From assembly GCA_963662615.2 (NCBI GenBank), contig CAXXSR010000001.1:640001-704000 (forward strand): DNA of 64,000 bases, in the 5' to 3' direction. The DNA comes from Dehalococcoidia bacterium (GTDB taxonomy: Bacteria; Chloroflexota; Dehalococcoidia; Bin125). The position numbers were made by a program, and so were the translations under genes. The notes beneath the pieces are model-generated. The model was given only the letters and a program-made list of their open reading frames with translations, was not told the origin of the DNA and did not search any database. Positions within the stretch are counted from its first letter, which is position 1. The number at the start of each line of letters is the position of its first letter. This document shows positions 50,290 to 59,345 of this stretch, piece by piece.

Positions 50290-51405
50290 TCAACCACCCT
50301 TCGCTCCCCGCACCAACTCCAGAAAGCGGTCAAACAAGTAGCCGTTGTCCAGCGGCCCCGGCGCCGCCTCCGAGTGGTACTGAATCGACACCAGCGGATA
50401 GTCCCGATGCGTCAGCCCCTCCACCGTCCCGTCGTGCAGGTTGACGTGGCTCACCTCCGCGCCGCCGCGCAGGCCCTCGGGGTCCACCGCGTAACCGTGG
50501 TTCTGCGCCGTGATGTAGACCCGCCCGCTGGCCAGCTCCCTCACGGGATGGTTCCCGCCCCGGTGCCCGAACTTGAGCTTGAACGTGCCCGCCCCCAGCG
50601 CCCGGCCGATCACCTGATGTCCCAAGCAGATCCCCATCAGCGGCACCCGCCCCAGCAACCGTTCCACGCCCTTCACCTGCACCTCCCGCAGCGCCGGATC
50701 GCCGGGGCCCGGCGACAGCAGCACGCCGTCCGGCGCCAGCGCCAGCACCTCTTCCGCCGTCGTCTGTGGCGGCAGGCACGTCACCCGGCAGTCCCGCCGG
50801 CGCAGATGGCGCAGGATGTTGTACTTGAGCCCCTCGTCCAGCACGACGATGTGATGCGCGCCTTCGGTGCTCCCCTGGGCGACCGCGGCGTCCTCCCACT
50901 CGTACGGCGCCGGCGTCCCCACCTCCGCAACGAAATCCTGACTCTCGTACGACGGCAGATCGGCCAGGCGCGCCTGCGCTCGCTCCACCTCCTCCTCGCT
51001 CACGATCAACCCTTGCATCACCCCCCGCGATCGGATCCGCCGCGTGACCGCGCGCGTGTCCACGCCGGCCAGCCCCGGCACGGCCCCGGCCAGGAGGTAC
51101 TCGTGCAGCGTGATCCCGCCCAGTGGATGGCTGGGCCTGTCGCAGTCGCTCCGCACGATCAGGGCCCGTACCTGAATCTGCGCGCTCTCGTCCACGGGCG
51201 GATCGAGCCCGTAGTTGCCGATCAGCGGGTACGTCAGGACCAGCATCTGCCCCGCGTAAGACGGGTCGGTGAGCATCTCCTGGTAGCCGGTCATCGACGT
51301 GTTGAAGACCACCTCGCCCCAGGCGTCGCCGAAGTGCCCGATCCGATGTCCCCGGAAGACGCTGCCGTCCTCCAGCACCAGCGCGGCCGGCTGCCGCTCA
51401 CCCAA
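50290..51405 (-). CDS. carA: Carbamoyl-phosphate synthase small subunit
   Basis: GEVVFNTSMTGYQE, SPGPGDP, GICLGHQ, QYHSEA; TTG after GAGGAGG. Confidence 0.96.
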   Translation of the reverse strand: MGERQPAALVLEDGSVFRGHRIGHFGDAWGEVVFNTSMTGYQEMLTDPSYAGQMLVLTYPLIGNYGLDPPVDESAQIQVRALIVRSDCDRPSHPLGGITLHEYLLAGAVPGLAGVDTRAVTRRIRSRGVMQGLIVSEEEVERAQARLADLPSYESQDFVAEVGTPAPYEWEDAAVAQGSTEGAHHIVVLDEGLKYNILRHLRRRDCRVTCLPPQTTAEEVLALAPDGVLLSPGPGDPALREVQVKGVERLLGRVPLMGICLGHQVIGRALGAGTFKLKFGHRGGNHPVRELASGRVYITAQNHGYAVDPEGLRGGAEVSHVNLHDGTVEGLTHRDYPLVSIQYHSEAAPGPLDNGYLFDRFLELVRGAKGG

Positions 51406-51424
51406 CTGCGCCTCCTCTACCGCG

Positions 51425-51457
51425 CCGTTCGTCCTGAGCCCGTCGAAGGACGAACGG
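51425..51457. repeat. Palindromic mini-element, copy C (simple hairpin), pyrC-carA gap
   Basis: ccgttcgtcct-gagcccgtcga-aggacgaacgg, 11 bp perfect stem. Confidence 0.85.
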
Positions 51458-51460
51458 CTC

Positions 51461-52858
51461 TCATTCCCGCTCCTCATGCACCACCCGACCGCCAAACACC
51501 GTCGCCACCACCCGCCCCGTCAGCTCCATCCCCGCCAACGGCGTGTTCTTCCCCTTCGACGCGAACGCGGTCGGATCGACCGTCCACACCGCCTCCGGAT
51601 CGACGATGGCCAAGTCGCCCGGTGCCCCCTCGCTCAAGCTGCCCAGCCCCGCCAGATCGCCCCGGTCCAGCCCCCATGCCCGCACCGGCCCGATCGTCAT
51701 TCGCTCGATCGCCGTCGCGAGTGTGAGCCGTCCCCGCGCCACCAGCGTCGCCAGCACGCCGAACGCCGTCTCCAGCCCGCTGATGCCGAAAGCGGCGCCG
51801 TCGAATTCGCAGCGCTTGTCCGGCTCGGCGTGCGGCGCGTGGTCCGTCGCCACCGCGTCAACGACTCCCGCCGCCAGCGCCGCCAGGCAGGCGTCTACGT
51901 CGGCAGCGGAGCGCAGGGGCGGATTCACCTTCGCGTTCGTGTCGTAGGCCAGCCTCTCTAGAGGAAGGGCCGCGCCGCCCTCCGCTTGTCCTGAACCTGT
52001 CCCGAGCTTGTCGAGGGAGCCTGTCGAAGGATTCCACCCAGCGACGGCCGCCTCGGTCAGGAAGAGGTGGTGGGGCGTCACCTCCGCCGTCACGGCCAGG
52101 CCGCTCGCTTTCGCCGCCGCGATGGCGGCACACGCTTCCGCCGTGCTCACGTGGCACAGATGCAGCCGCGCGCCCGTCAGCGCCGCCAGGCGAAGATCGC
52201 GCTCCACCATGGCGACCTCCGCCAGCGACGGCAGCCCCCGCAGCCCCAGCCGTGTCGACACCGGGCCTTCGTGCATCACGCCGCCCGCGGCCAGCGCCGG
52301 CTCCTCGGGGTGCTCGGCCAGCGGCAGCCCCAGGTCGGCGGCGTACTCGAACGCCCGCCGCGCCAGGGCGCCGTCGGCAACGCCGTCGCCATCGTCGCTG
52401 AACCCCACGACGCCGGCGGCGCGAAGGTCGTCCAGCTCCGCCAGCTCCCTCCCGGCTCGGCCCTTCGTGATCGCGCCGATCGGCAGAACGCGCGCGCACG
52501 CGTCACGAGCGCCGTTCAGAACCTGTGCCACGACCGCGGCCGTGTCCATCGGCGGCTGCGTGTTCGGCATGGCGCAGACGGTCGTGAAGCCGCCCCGCCC
52601 GGCGGCCGCCGTCCCCGTCGCGATGGTCTCCTTGTGCTCCTCGCCCGGTTCGCGCAGATGGGTATGCAGGTCCACGAAGCCCGGCGTCACCACCAGGCCG
52701 CTCGCGTCGAGACGCGGCGCCTCGGCGCTGAGGTCCGCGGCGACTGCGGCGATCCGACCGCCGTGGATGAGCACGTCCTGCACCCCGTCGATGCCGTTCG
52801 CCGGATCGATGACCCGGCCGCCCTTGACCAGCAGGTCCAACCCGCTCCCCGCGTTCAT
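51461..52858 (-). CDS. pyrC: Dihydroorotase
   Basis: PGFVDLHTHLREPG, MPNT, EVTPHHL, KVNPPLR, ATDHAPH. Confidence 0.96.
   Translation of the reverse strand: MNAGSGLDLLVKGGRVIDPANGIDGVQDVLIHGGRIAAVAADLSAEAPRLDASGLVVTPGFVDLHTHLREPGEEHKETIATGTAAAGRGGFTTVCAMPNTQPPMDTAAVVAQVLNGARDACARVLPIGAITKGRAGRELAELDDLRAAGVVGFSDDGDGVADGALARRAFEYAADLGLPLAEHPEEPALAAGGVMHEGPVSTRLGLRGLPSLAEVAMVERDLRLAALTGARLHLCHVSTAEACAAIAAAKASGLAVTAEVTPHHLFLTEAAVAGWNPSTGSLDKLGTGSGQAEGGAALPLERLAYDTNAKVNPPLRSAADVDACLAALAAGVVDAVATDHAPHAEPDKRCEFDGAAFGISGLETAFGVLATLVARGRLTLATAIERMTIGPVRAWGLDRGDLAGLGSLSEGAPGDLAIVDPEAVWTVDPTAFASKGKNTPLAGMELTGRVVATVFGGRVVHEERE
51984..52031. repeat. Palindromic mini-element, copy D (nested, 48 bp, in-frame inside pyrC)
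   Basis: gcttgtcctg[aacctgtcccgagcttgtcgaggg]agcctgtcgaagga. Confidence 0.85.
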
Positions 52859-53880
52859 GCCGCCTTCCTCGTCAGCAGGTAGAGCACGGCCATGCGCACG
52901 GCCACGCCGTTCTGCACCTGCCGCTCCACGTGGCTCCGCAGGCCGTGCGCCACCTCCCAGGCGATCTCCACACCCTCGTTCACGGGACCGGGGTGCAGCA
53001 CCACCGCGCCCTCGGCCGCGCGCGCCAGGCGGGCCGAAGTGATCTGATAGCGCTTCACGTACTCCCGCAGCGACGGCACGGCCGCGCCCCGCATCCGCTC
53101 GTGCTGCAGGCGCAGCGCCATCACCGCGTCCGCTCCCTCAATGGCGCGGTCCAGGTCGTCCGCCACCTTCACGGGCGGGAGGCCAAGCGGGTGCGACGTG
53201 TTGAGGCCCGCGGGCAGGAGCGTGCGCGGCGCCACCAGCGTCAGCTCCGCCCCCAGCGTCGTCAGCGCCCACAGGTTCGACCGCGCCACCCGCGAGTGCT
53301 TCACGTCGCCCACAATGCAGATACGTTTGCCCTCCAGCGACCCCAGCGCCGCACGCAGAGTGAAGGCGTCCAAGAGCGCTTGCGTGGGGTGGGCGTGGAG
53401 GCCGTCGCCGGCATTGACCACGTGGGCGGCGCTCAGGGTAGCCGCCAGGTACGGCGCCCCACTGGCCGGGTGCCGCATCACGATCACGTCCGCGCCGATC
53501 GCCTCGATCGTCCGCACGGTGTCGGCCAGCGACTCCCCCTTCCCGACGCTCGAATCCCCGCCGCTCACGTTGATCACGTCCGCCCCCAGCGCCTTCCCCG
53601 CCAGCTCGAACGAGGCGCGCGTGCGCGTGCTCGCTTCGTAGAAGAGATTGAACACCGTCACGCCGCGCAGGGCCGGCGTCCGCGGCACCTGGCGCTGCAG
53701 CACCTCCTGCATCGCCTCCGCCGTGTCCAGCACGTGCAGGATCTCGTCACGGCCAAACTCATCCACGTCGAGCAGGTGCTGCCGCCGCCATGGCGACCCG
53801 TCCGATTCCGGCACCGATGGCAGCGTCGCCGCTTCCGCTTCGGGAGCCGTTGCCGTTTCAGGCTTCGGTTTGGCGACCAC
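52855..53880 (-). CDS. pyrB: Aspartate carbamoyltransferase catalytic subunit
   Basis: [34 protein letters not shown]. Confidence 0.97.
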   Translation of the reverse strand: MVAKPKPETATAPEAEAATLPSVPESDGSPWRRQHLLDVDEFGRDEILHVLDTAEAMQEVLQRQVPRTPALRGVTVFNLFYEASTRTRASFELAGKALGADVINVSGGDSSVGKGESLADTVRTIEAIGADVIVMRHPASGAPYLAATLSAAHVVNAGDGLHAHPTQALLDAFTLRAALGSLEGKRICIVGDVKHSRVARSNLWALTTLGAELTLVAPRTLLPAGLNTSHPLGLPPVKVADDLDRAIEGADAVMALRLQHERMRGAAVPSLREYVKRYQITSARLARAAEGAVVLHPGPVNEGVEIAWEVAHGLRSHVERQVQNGVAVRMAVLYLLTRKAA

Positions 53881-54481
53881 GACCGTCTCCTCCCCGCTCC
53901 TCGTCGGCGGCGCCGGCGGCGCTGCCCGGGCCGCGCACCACGACTTCGTCCACTCCGTCTGTCTCCACCAGGCGCACGGACACGTCGTCGTCACGCCCCG
54001 TGGGGACGTTCTTGCCCACGTAGTCCGGTCGGATGGGCAGCTCGCGGTGCCCGCGGTCCACCAGCACGGCCAGCTCAATCGCCGCCGGGCGGCCGTAATC
54101 CGTCAACGCGTCCAGCGCCGCGCGAATCGAGCGGCCGGTGAAGAGCACGTCGTCCACAATGACGACCACTCGGTCATCGATGGTGGAGGGCAGGTCGCTG
54201 GGCTGCAGCCTCGGGCCGATCCCCTGCAGCGACAGGTCGTCGCGGTGCAGTCCAATATCCAAGGCCCCCGTCTCCACCGGCGTTCCCTCGAACTCCGTGA
54301 TGGCCCCGGCGATCCGCTCCGCCAGCGGCACACCCCGCGTCCGCATGCCCACCAGCACGAGCTGCGCCGGATCGGGATGACGCTCCATGACCTCATGGGC
54401 GACGCGCACCAGCGCCCGCCGCATCCCCTCCGCGCCCAGCACCAGCGCTTCGGCCCGGCGCGATTCTGGTGACGCCGTCAT
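53858..54481 (-). CDS. pyrR: Pyrimidine operon attenuation protein / UPRTase
   Basis: [42 protein letters not shown]. Confidence 0.97.
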   Translation of the reverse strand: MTASPESRRAEALVLGAEGMRRALVRVAHEVMERHPDPAQLVLVGMRTRGVPLAERIAGAITEFEGTPVETGALDIGLHRDDLSLQGIGPRLQPSDLPSTIDDRVVVIVDDVLFTGRSIRAALDALTDYGRPAAIELAVLVDRGHRELPIRPDYVGKNVPTGRDDDVSVRLVETDGVDEVVVRGPGSAAGAADEERGGDGRGRQTEA

Positions 54482-54552
54482 GCCACGCTCCAGCGGCGAT
54501 GTCTAAACGGCACGACGGCAGATGGGGTGATCGACACAGGGGGCACGCCCTT

Positions 54553-54587
54553 GTCCTTTCCGGCCTCGCGGGACCGGTTTAAAGTCC
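54553..54587 (-). promoter_or_regulatory. PyrR-binding RNA stem-loop
   Basis: Minus strand CTTTAAaccGGTCCcGcGAGGCcggAAAGG matches the PyrR binding-loop consensus. Confidence 0.88.
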
Positions 54588-54762
54588 AAGCAGTCGGTGC
54601 TGTCCGCAGCCTAGCACGCCGCCTCGCTCGGACGGCGACCGCTTCTGTCACTGGCCGCACTCTCCGCGGCCGCCTCGCGACGATCCCCGCTTCGATTTGA
54701 GCTGCGGCGATCGCACTTCCTACACTGCAGGGGCGCTGCGCCGTCCCTGGGGCGCGCGCCAG

Positions 54763-54846
54763 CGACAGCGATGAGACGACGGCGAAGAAACGACGGCGAA
54801 GAGACGACAGTGAAGGGGCCACAGTGAAGGGGCCACAGTGAAGAGG
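54763..54846. repeat. 6 x 14 bp tandem array with stepwise drift
   Basis: cgacagcgatgaga/cgacggcgaagaaa/cgacggcgaagaga/cgacagtgaagggg/ccacagtgaagggg/ccacagtgaagagg. Confidence 0.9.
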
Positions 54847-55563
54847 AGAGCGGCCGGGCTGCTCACGGCGCCCACTGGAGCCCGGCTCTGGACCCGCGTG
54901 CTGCTCCCGGTCGCGCTCGCCATCGTGCTGCCGCTGGCCGCCTGCTCCGACGACGACGATGACGCCGCCGCCGCCGACGCCGCCGACTCCGCCACCCCCA
55001 CAGCCATTGTCGCGCCCGCGGCGCTCACCACGATCGTCGCCCCGCCGCCGCCCGACATCGTCCCGCAAGATGCGGCGGAAGCGTCGCGCGCTTTCCAGAA
55101 CGACCCCGATCTGGAACCGTTCCTCGAGCACGACGCGCTGGCCCTGCCCGACCGCTTCCAGCTCGTGGCGCGCGAGGACCTGGAGCCGATCCTCGCGCTG
55201 GGCCTCGTCTCCGGCGCGGCCCGCGTCACCTTCAGCAGCGGCATTACCAACGAGCTGCTGCTCGTTGACCTACTGCGGCTGGAAGACGGCCTGGACGGCG
55301 GCGCCTTCTTCGATGACTTCGCCGACGCGGTTGCAGACGACAGCGCCTTTGGCCGTATCCGCTCGCTGGGCATCCCCCGCGGGATCGGCGAGCGCGCCCG
55401 CCATTACACCTTCAGCGTGGACGACGATGAGGCAGACGCGGCCGTGCTCCTCCGCGAAGGGGTGATCGCCTTCGTCAAGTACCGCCGCCCGCCCTACCTG
55501 CGCCAGCCCGTGGACGTCGCCGCTCTCTTGCAGACGCTGGACGCGGCGCTCCAGAGCGGCTGA
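54838..55563 (+). CDS. Hypothetical lipoprotein
   Basis: Lipobox LAAC followed by acidic linker; start uncertain (54838 or 54898). Confidence 0.75.
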   Translation: MKRRAAGLLTAPTGARLWTRVLLPVALAIVLPLAACSDDDDDAAAADAADSATPTAIVAPAALTTIVAPPPPDIVPQDAAEASRAFQNDPDLEPFLEHDALALPDRFQLVAREDLEPILALGLVSGAARVTFSSGITNELLLVDLLRLEDGLDGGAFFDDFADAVADDSAFGRIRSLGIPRGIGERARHYTFSVDDDEADAAVLLREGVIAFVKYRRPPYLRQPVDVAALLQTLDAALQSG

Positions 55564-55595
55564 GCACGGCTGAGCACGGCTGGCGCGGCCGGCGC

Positions 55596-55799
55596 TCACT
55601 CCGCCGCTTTGTCCCCGCCTTCCTGCATCTCCGGCGGCAGCAGGTTGGGAATGCCGTCCTCGATCGGGTACTTGAAATCGATCGATCGGGAGTACAGCGC
55701 GCCACGGACGATCTCGTCCCCGTCTTCTTCCTCCACAATGAGTTCAAGTGGTTCCTTCGTGACGGGGCAGACGAGGATCTCCAGCAGATCGCGATGCAT
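55596..55799 (-). CDS. Trm112-family protein
   Basis: LLEILVCP..K.PL...YPIEDGIPNLLP; AGGAG RBS. Confidence 0.88.
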   Translation of the reverse strand: MHRDLLEILVCPVTKEPLELIVEEEDGDEIVRGALYSRSIDFKYPIEDGIPNLLPPEMQEGGDKAAE

Positions 55800-55995
55800 C
55801 AACGGCTCCTTCCAACAGCGCCTCCTGTAAGGGTAGCAACTGCCACGCCCGCCGCCAGGACCGCCTCGCTGCCTCGCTTGACAGGAGCGCGCAGCGCCGG
55901 TGATCATGCGCGGCGTCACGGGATCGCGGGCGGAGCCGGTCGCAAGGCCGGCTCCATCGCACTGGACGCGGCCGCCCCGGGCTGAGGTGAGTCGA

Positions 55996-56208
55996 ATGGC
56001 CGAAGTGCGAGCGCCCATGGCCGGCACCGTCCTGGAGGTCCTCGTTGCCGTCGGCGACACCGTCAGCGGCGGCGACGAACTCCTCATCCTCGAATCCATG
56101 AAGATGGAGATCCCCGTGGAAGCGCCCGCGCCCGGCTCCGTCGCCTCCCTCGCCGTGACGCCGGGCCAGCCCGTTCAGGAGGGCGATCTCCTCCTCACCA
56201 TTGAATGA
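55996..56208 (+). CDS. Stand-alone biotin carboxyl carrier protein
   Basis: APMAG.V, LESMKMEIPV biotinylation motif. Confidence 0.93.
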   Translation: MAEVRAPMAGTVLEVLVAVGDTVSGGDELLILESMKMEIPVEAPAPGSVASLAVTPGQPVQEGDLLLTIE

Positions 56209-57548
56209 CCGGCATGTTTCAGCGTGTCTGCATTGCCAACCGCGGCGAGATCGCCGTCCGAGTCATGCGGACCTGCCGCACCCTCGGCATCGCCACCCAC
56301 GCCCTCTACTCCGACGCTGACGCCGGCGCCCTGCACGTGCGCTCGGCTGACGGCGCCACGCGCATCGGCGCCGCCCCTGTGGCGGAGTCCTACCTCAACG
56401 CCGAAGCGGTTCTCGACGCCGCCGTCGCCGCCCGCTGCGACGCCGTCCACCCGGGCTACGGCCTCCTCTCGGAGAACCCCGCCTTCGCCCGTGCCTGTGC
56501 CCAGCGCGGCCTCACCTTCATTGGCCCTGATCCCCTGCACATTGAGCAGATGGGCGACAAAGATCGGGCCCGCGCCCTCATGCGCGCTCTCGGCATCCGC
56601 CCGATCCCCGGCTCCGCCGCCATTCTCCCTGACGACGACGTCGACGGGATCGCCGCTCAGGTGGGCTACCCCCTGATCGTCAAGGCCAGCCGCGGCGGCG
56701 GCGGCATCGGTATGGCCGTCGCGCGGGAGCCCGACCAGCTCGCACGCGCGCTCCGGCGCGCCCGCTCTACCGCTTCCCGTGCCTTCGGATCGCAGGAGAT
56801 CTACCTGGAGCGGCAGATCCTCGGCGCGCACCACGTGGAGGTGCAGCTGCTCGGCGACGGCGAAGGCGCCGCTCTCCACCTGGGCGAACGCGAGTGCTCC
56901 GTGCAGCGACGCCACCAGAAGGTGATTGAGGAGACGCCCGCGCCCAGCATCTCCGCCTCCCTCCGCCGCGACCTCCTCAACCGCGCCGTCGCCGCCATGG
57001 AGCAGATCCGCTACCGCAACGCCGGCACTGTCGAATGCCTGGTCACGCCGGAGGACGTCTTCTACTTCTTGGAGATGAACACGCGCTTACAGGTGGAGCA
57101 TCCCGTCACGGAGATGGTGACCGGCCTCGATCTCGTCGCATGGCAACTCCGCCTCGCCGCCGGCGAGCCGCTCCGCCTGCCGCCCCACGCCGCCACGCCG
57201 AACGGCCATGCCATTGAGGCGCGCATCTACGCCGAGCACCCGCAGACGCTCCTGCCCGCGCCCGGCCGCGCCGGCGACGTCCGTTTCCCCAGCGGCGACG
57301 GGATCCGTGTTGACGCCGCCATCGAAAGCGGCGACGAGGTCTCGCCCTACTACGACCCCCTCATCGCCAAGCTCGTTGTCTGGGGCGGGGACCGCGACAC
57401 CGCCGTGCAGCGCCTGACTGAGGCCCTCGCCGCTGTCGAGATCGACGGTGTGACGCACAACCTGCCGCTGCTACAGCGCATCGTCGCGGCTCCCGCCTTC
57501 GTTGCCGGCAACTATGACGTGTACTTTCTGGAATCGCTGCTCGGCTAG
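56205..57548 (+). CDS. accC: Biotin carboxylase
   Basis: IANRGEIA, HPGYG.LSEN, ERECSVQRRHQK, EMNTRLQVEHPVTE. Confidence 0.93.
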   Translation: MTGMFQRVCIANRGEIAVRVMRTCRTLGIATHALYSDADAGALHVRSADGATRIGAAPVAESYLNAEAVLDAAVAARCDAVHPGYGLLSENPAFARACAQRGLTFIGPDPLHIEQMGDKDRARALMRALGIRPIPGSAAILPDDDVDGIAAQVGYPLIVKASRGGGGIGMAVAREPDQLARALRRARSTASRAFGSQEIYLERQILGAHHVEVQLLGDGEGAALHLGERECSVQRRHQKVIEETPAPSISASLRRDLLNRAVAAMEQIRYRNAGTVECLVTPEDVFYFLEMNTRLQVEHPVTEMVTGLDLVAWQLRLAAGEPLRLPPHAATPNGHAIEARIYAEHPQTLLPAPGRAGDVRFPSGDGIRVDAAIESGDEVSPYYDPLIAKLVVWGGDRDTAVQRLTEALAAVEIDGVTHNLPLLQRIVAAPAFVAGNYDVYFLESLLG

Positions 57549-57707
57549 GCCGGTCGGGCCATTACGCTTGCCGAAAGCGCGGCCCCGGCGGAAGATGACG
57601 CCGAGAGCGCCGCATGGCCGAAGGGAAGTTGCCTCGGTGGAGAGCGCCGTCTTGCCTCCCATCGCACCGCGACCACATGGCGGCTCCGTGCCACGGACGC
57701 CGCCTCC

Positions 57708-58409
57708 ATGAAGCGCTCTCAGAATCCCACGATCCTCATCGTTGATGACGAGCCTCGCATCCGTCGCTTCGTTCGCCTCGCCTTGGAGCGCAGTGGCTGG
57801 TCGGCCCTTGAAGCCGGCACCGGCGCCGACGCGGTGGCGATGATCCGCGACCTCCATCCCGACTGCGTCCTCCTTGACATCGTCCTTCCCGACATCGACG
57901 GCTTCGAAGTGATCCGCACTGTCCGCAAATTCTCGGACACGCCCATCCTCATGCTCACCGCCCGCGACGGGGAGGACGACCGCATCCGCGGGCTCGACCT
58001 CGGCGCCGACGACTACATCGTCAAGCCCTTCGGAGTGTGTGAGCTGCTGGCGAGGGTGCGCGCCAACCTCCGCCGCGCCGCTGCTCGCCCGGCGCTGCCG
58101 GAGGCCATCACGCACGACGCCTTGACGGTGGACTTCGCCATGCGCCGCGCCCTCCTGGACGGAGTGCCCATCCCCCTCACCCCCATTGAATTTGAGTTGC
58201 TGGCGGAACTGGCCCAGAGCCCCGGGCAGGTGATCTTTCCCGCTGACCTGCTCCGCGCCGTCTGGGGCCCTGCCTACGTCGATGACGTGGGCCTCCTCCG
58301 CACCGCCGTCTGGCGCCTTCGCCGCAAGCTGGAGCCCAACGCCCAGTCGCCTGCCTACGTCGTCACGGTCCCCCGTGTTGGCTACACCTTCGCCCCCGGC
58401 GATCACTGA
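57708..58409 (+). CDS. OmpR/KdpE-family response regulator
   Basis: IVDDE, LLDIVLP, GADDYIVKPF, winged-helix LRRKLE...TVPRVGY. Confidence 0.94.
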   Translation: MKRSQNPTILIVDDEPRIRRFVRLALERSGWSALEAGTGADAVAMIRDLHPDCVLLDIVLPDIDGFEVIRTVRKFSDTPILMLTARDGEDDRIRGLDLGADDYIVKPFGVCELLARVRANLRRAAARPALPEAITHDALTVDFAMRRALLDGVPIPLTPIEFELLAELAQSPGQVIFPADLLRAVWGPAYVDDVGLLRTAVWRLRRKLEPNAQSPAYVVTVPRVGYTFAPGDH

Positions 58410-58529
58410 CCGGCTCCGGGCCCGCCCCTGGCTGCTCCTCCCCCCGCAAGGGCAGATGCGGACGGTCGCTTGTGATCGGATCGTGATCTTCCCGCGCCGC
58501 CATGAGATGCCCCGGTGATGCAGCGGCAC

Positions 58530-58571
58530 CTACGATCGTCGTAGTGCGAAGTACGATCTTCGTAGTGCAAA
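58530..58571. promoter_or_regulatory. Two palindromes TACGA-N3-TCGTA at 21 bp period, candidate regulator sites
   Basis: ctacgatcgtcgtag-tgcgaa-gtacgatcttcgtag-tgcaaa upstream of the NarL-type gene. Confidence 0.7.
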
Positions 58572-58622
58572 TTGGTGGGTCGGGTACAACTTTTGGGCCG
58601 CCGTCCCTAGGGAAAAACTGAA

Positions 58623-59297
58623 ATGACCACAGCAGTTGACGAACTCAAAGTCTTGGTCGTAGACGATCACGGACTCCTGCGCAGCGTCATGACCATGGCA
58701 CTCGAATCGCTGGACGGCATACGCGTAGTGGGCCAGGCCGAAAACGGCCGTGCCGGCGTTGAGGCAACGCTGGAGCATCAGCCGGACTTGGTTCTCATGG
58801 ACATCCTCATGCCGCTCCTGGACGGCTTGGAGGCCACCCGCCGCATCAAGCGAGAGTCGCCCGCCTGCAAGATCCTCGTGCTCACCGGCGTGGTCGGTTC
58901 CGACGCCGTGCTGGATGTCCTCCGCGCCGGCGCCAGCGGGCTGGTCCCCAAGACGGCGGAGCTCAGCGAAGTGGAGACCGCCATTCGCGTCGTCGGCCGC
59001 GGTGAGATCTACGTCAGCCCGCAGCTCGCTGGGCCGGTGCTGGCGACCATGGCCTCCCGCCCCGCCGACGATGTCAACGCCGGCCTCTTTGCCCTCCTCA
59101 GCGGACGCGAGCGGGAGGTCATTCAGCTCATTGGGGAGGGGCATAGTACGCAGGAGATCGCCAGCGGTCTCTACATCAGTCCCAAGACCGGCGCGCAGCA
59201 CAAAGCGAACATGGTCAAGAAACTCAGCTTGAAGAGCACGCGCGACTTGCAGATCCTGGCGGCCCGGCGCATCGTGGCGCGGCAGGCCGTCGTCTAG
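58623..59297 (+). CDS. NarL/LuxR-family response regulator
   Basis: VVDDH, VLMDILMP, LSGREREV...EIA..LYIS.KT. Confidence 0.94.
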   Translation: MTTAVDELKVLVVDDHGLLRSVMTMALESLDGIRVVGQAENGRAGVEATLEHQPDLVLMDILMPLLDGLEATRRIKRESPACKILVLTGVVGSDAVLDVLRAGASGLVPKTAELSEVETAIRVVGRGEIYVSPQLAGPVLATMASRPADDVNAGLFALLSGREREVIQLIGEGHSTQEIASGLYISPKTGAQHKANMVKKLSLKSTRDLQILAARRIVARQAVV

Positions 59298-59345
59298 GCG
59301 CCGCAGCGGACCCCCCGCCGGACTCCACCGCCGGAGCGTTGCCGC

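Noticed and set aside
54763-54846. Possible CRISPR array (also 36851-36964 and 58530-58571)
   Set aside because: Units are contiguous 14-21 bp with no unique spacers, and there are no cas genes.
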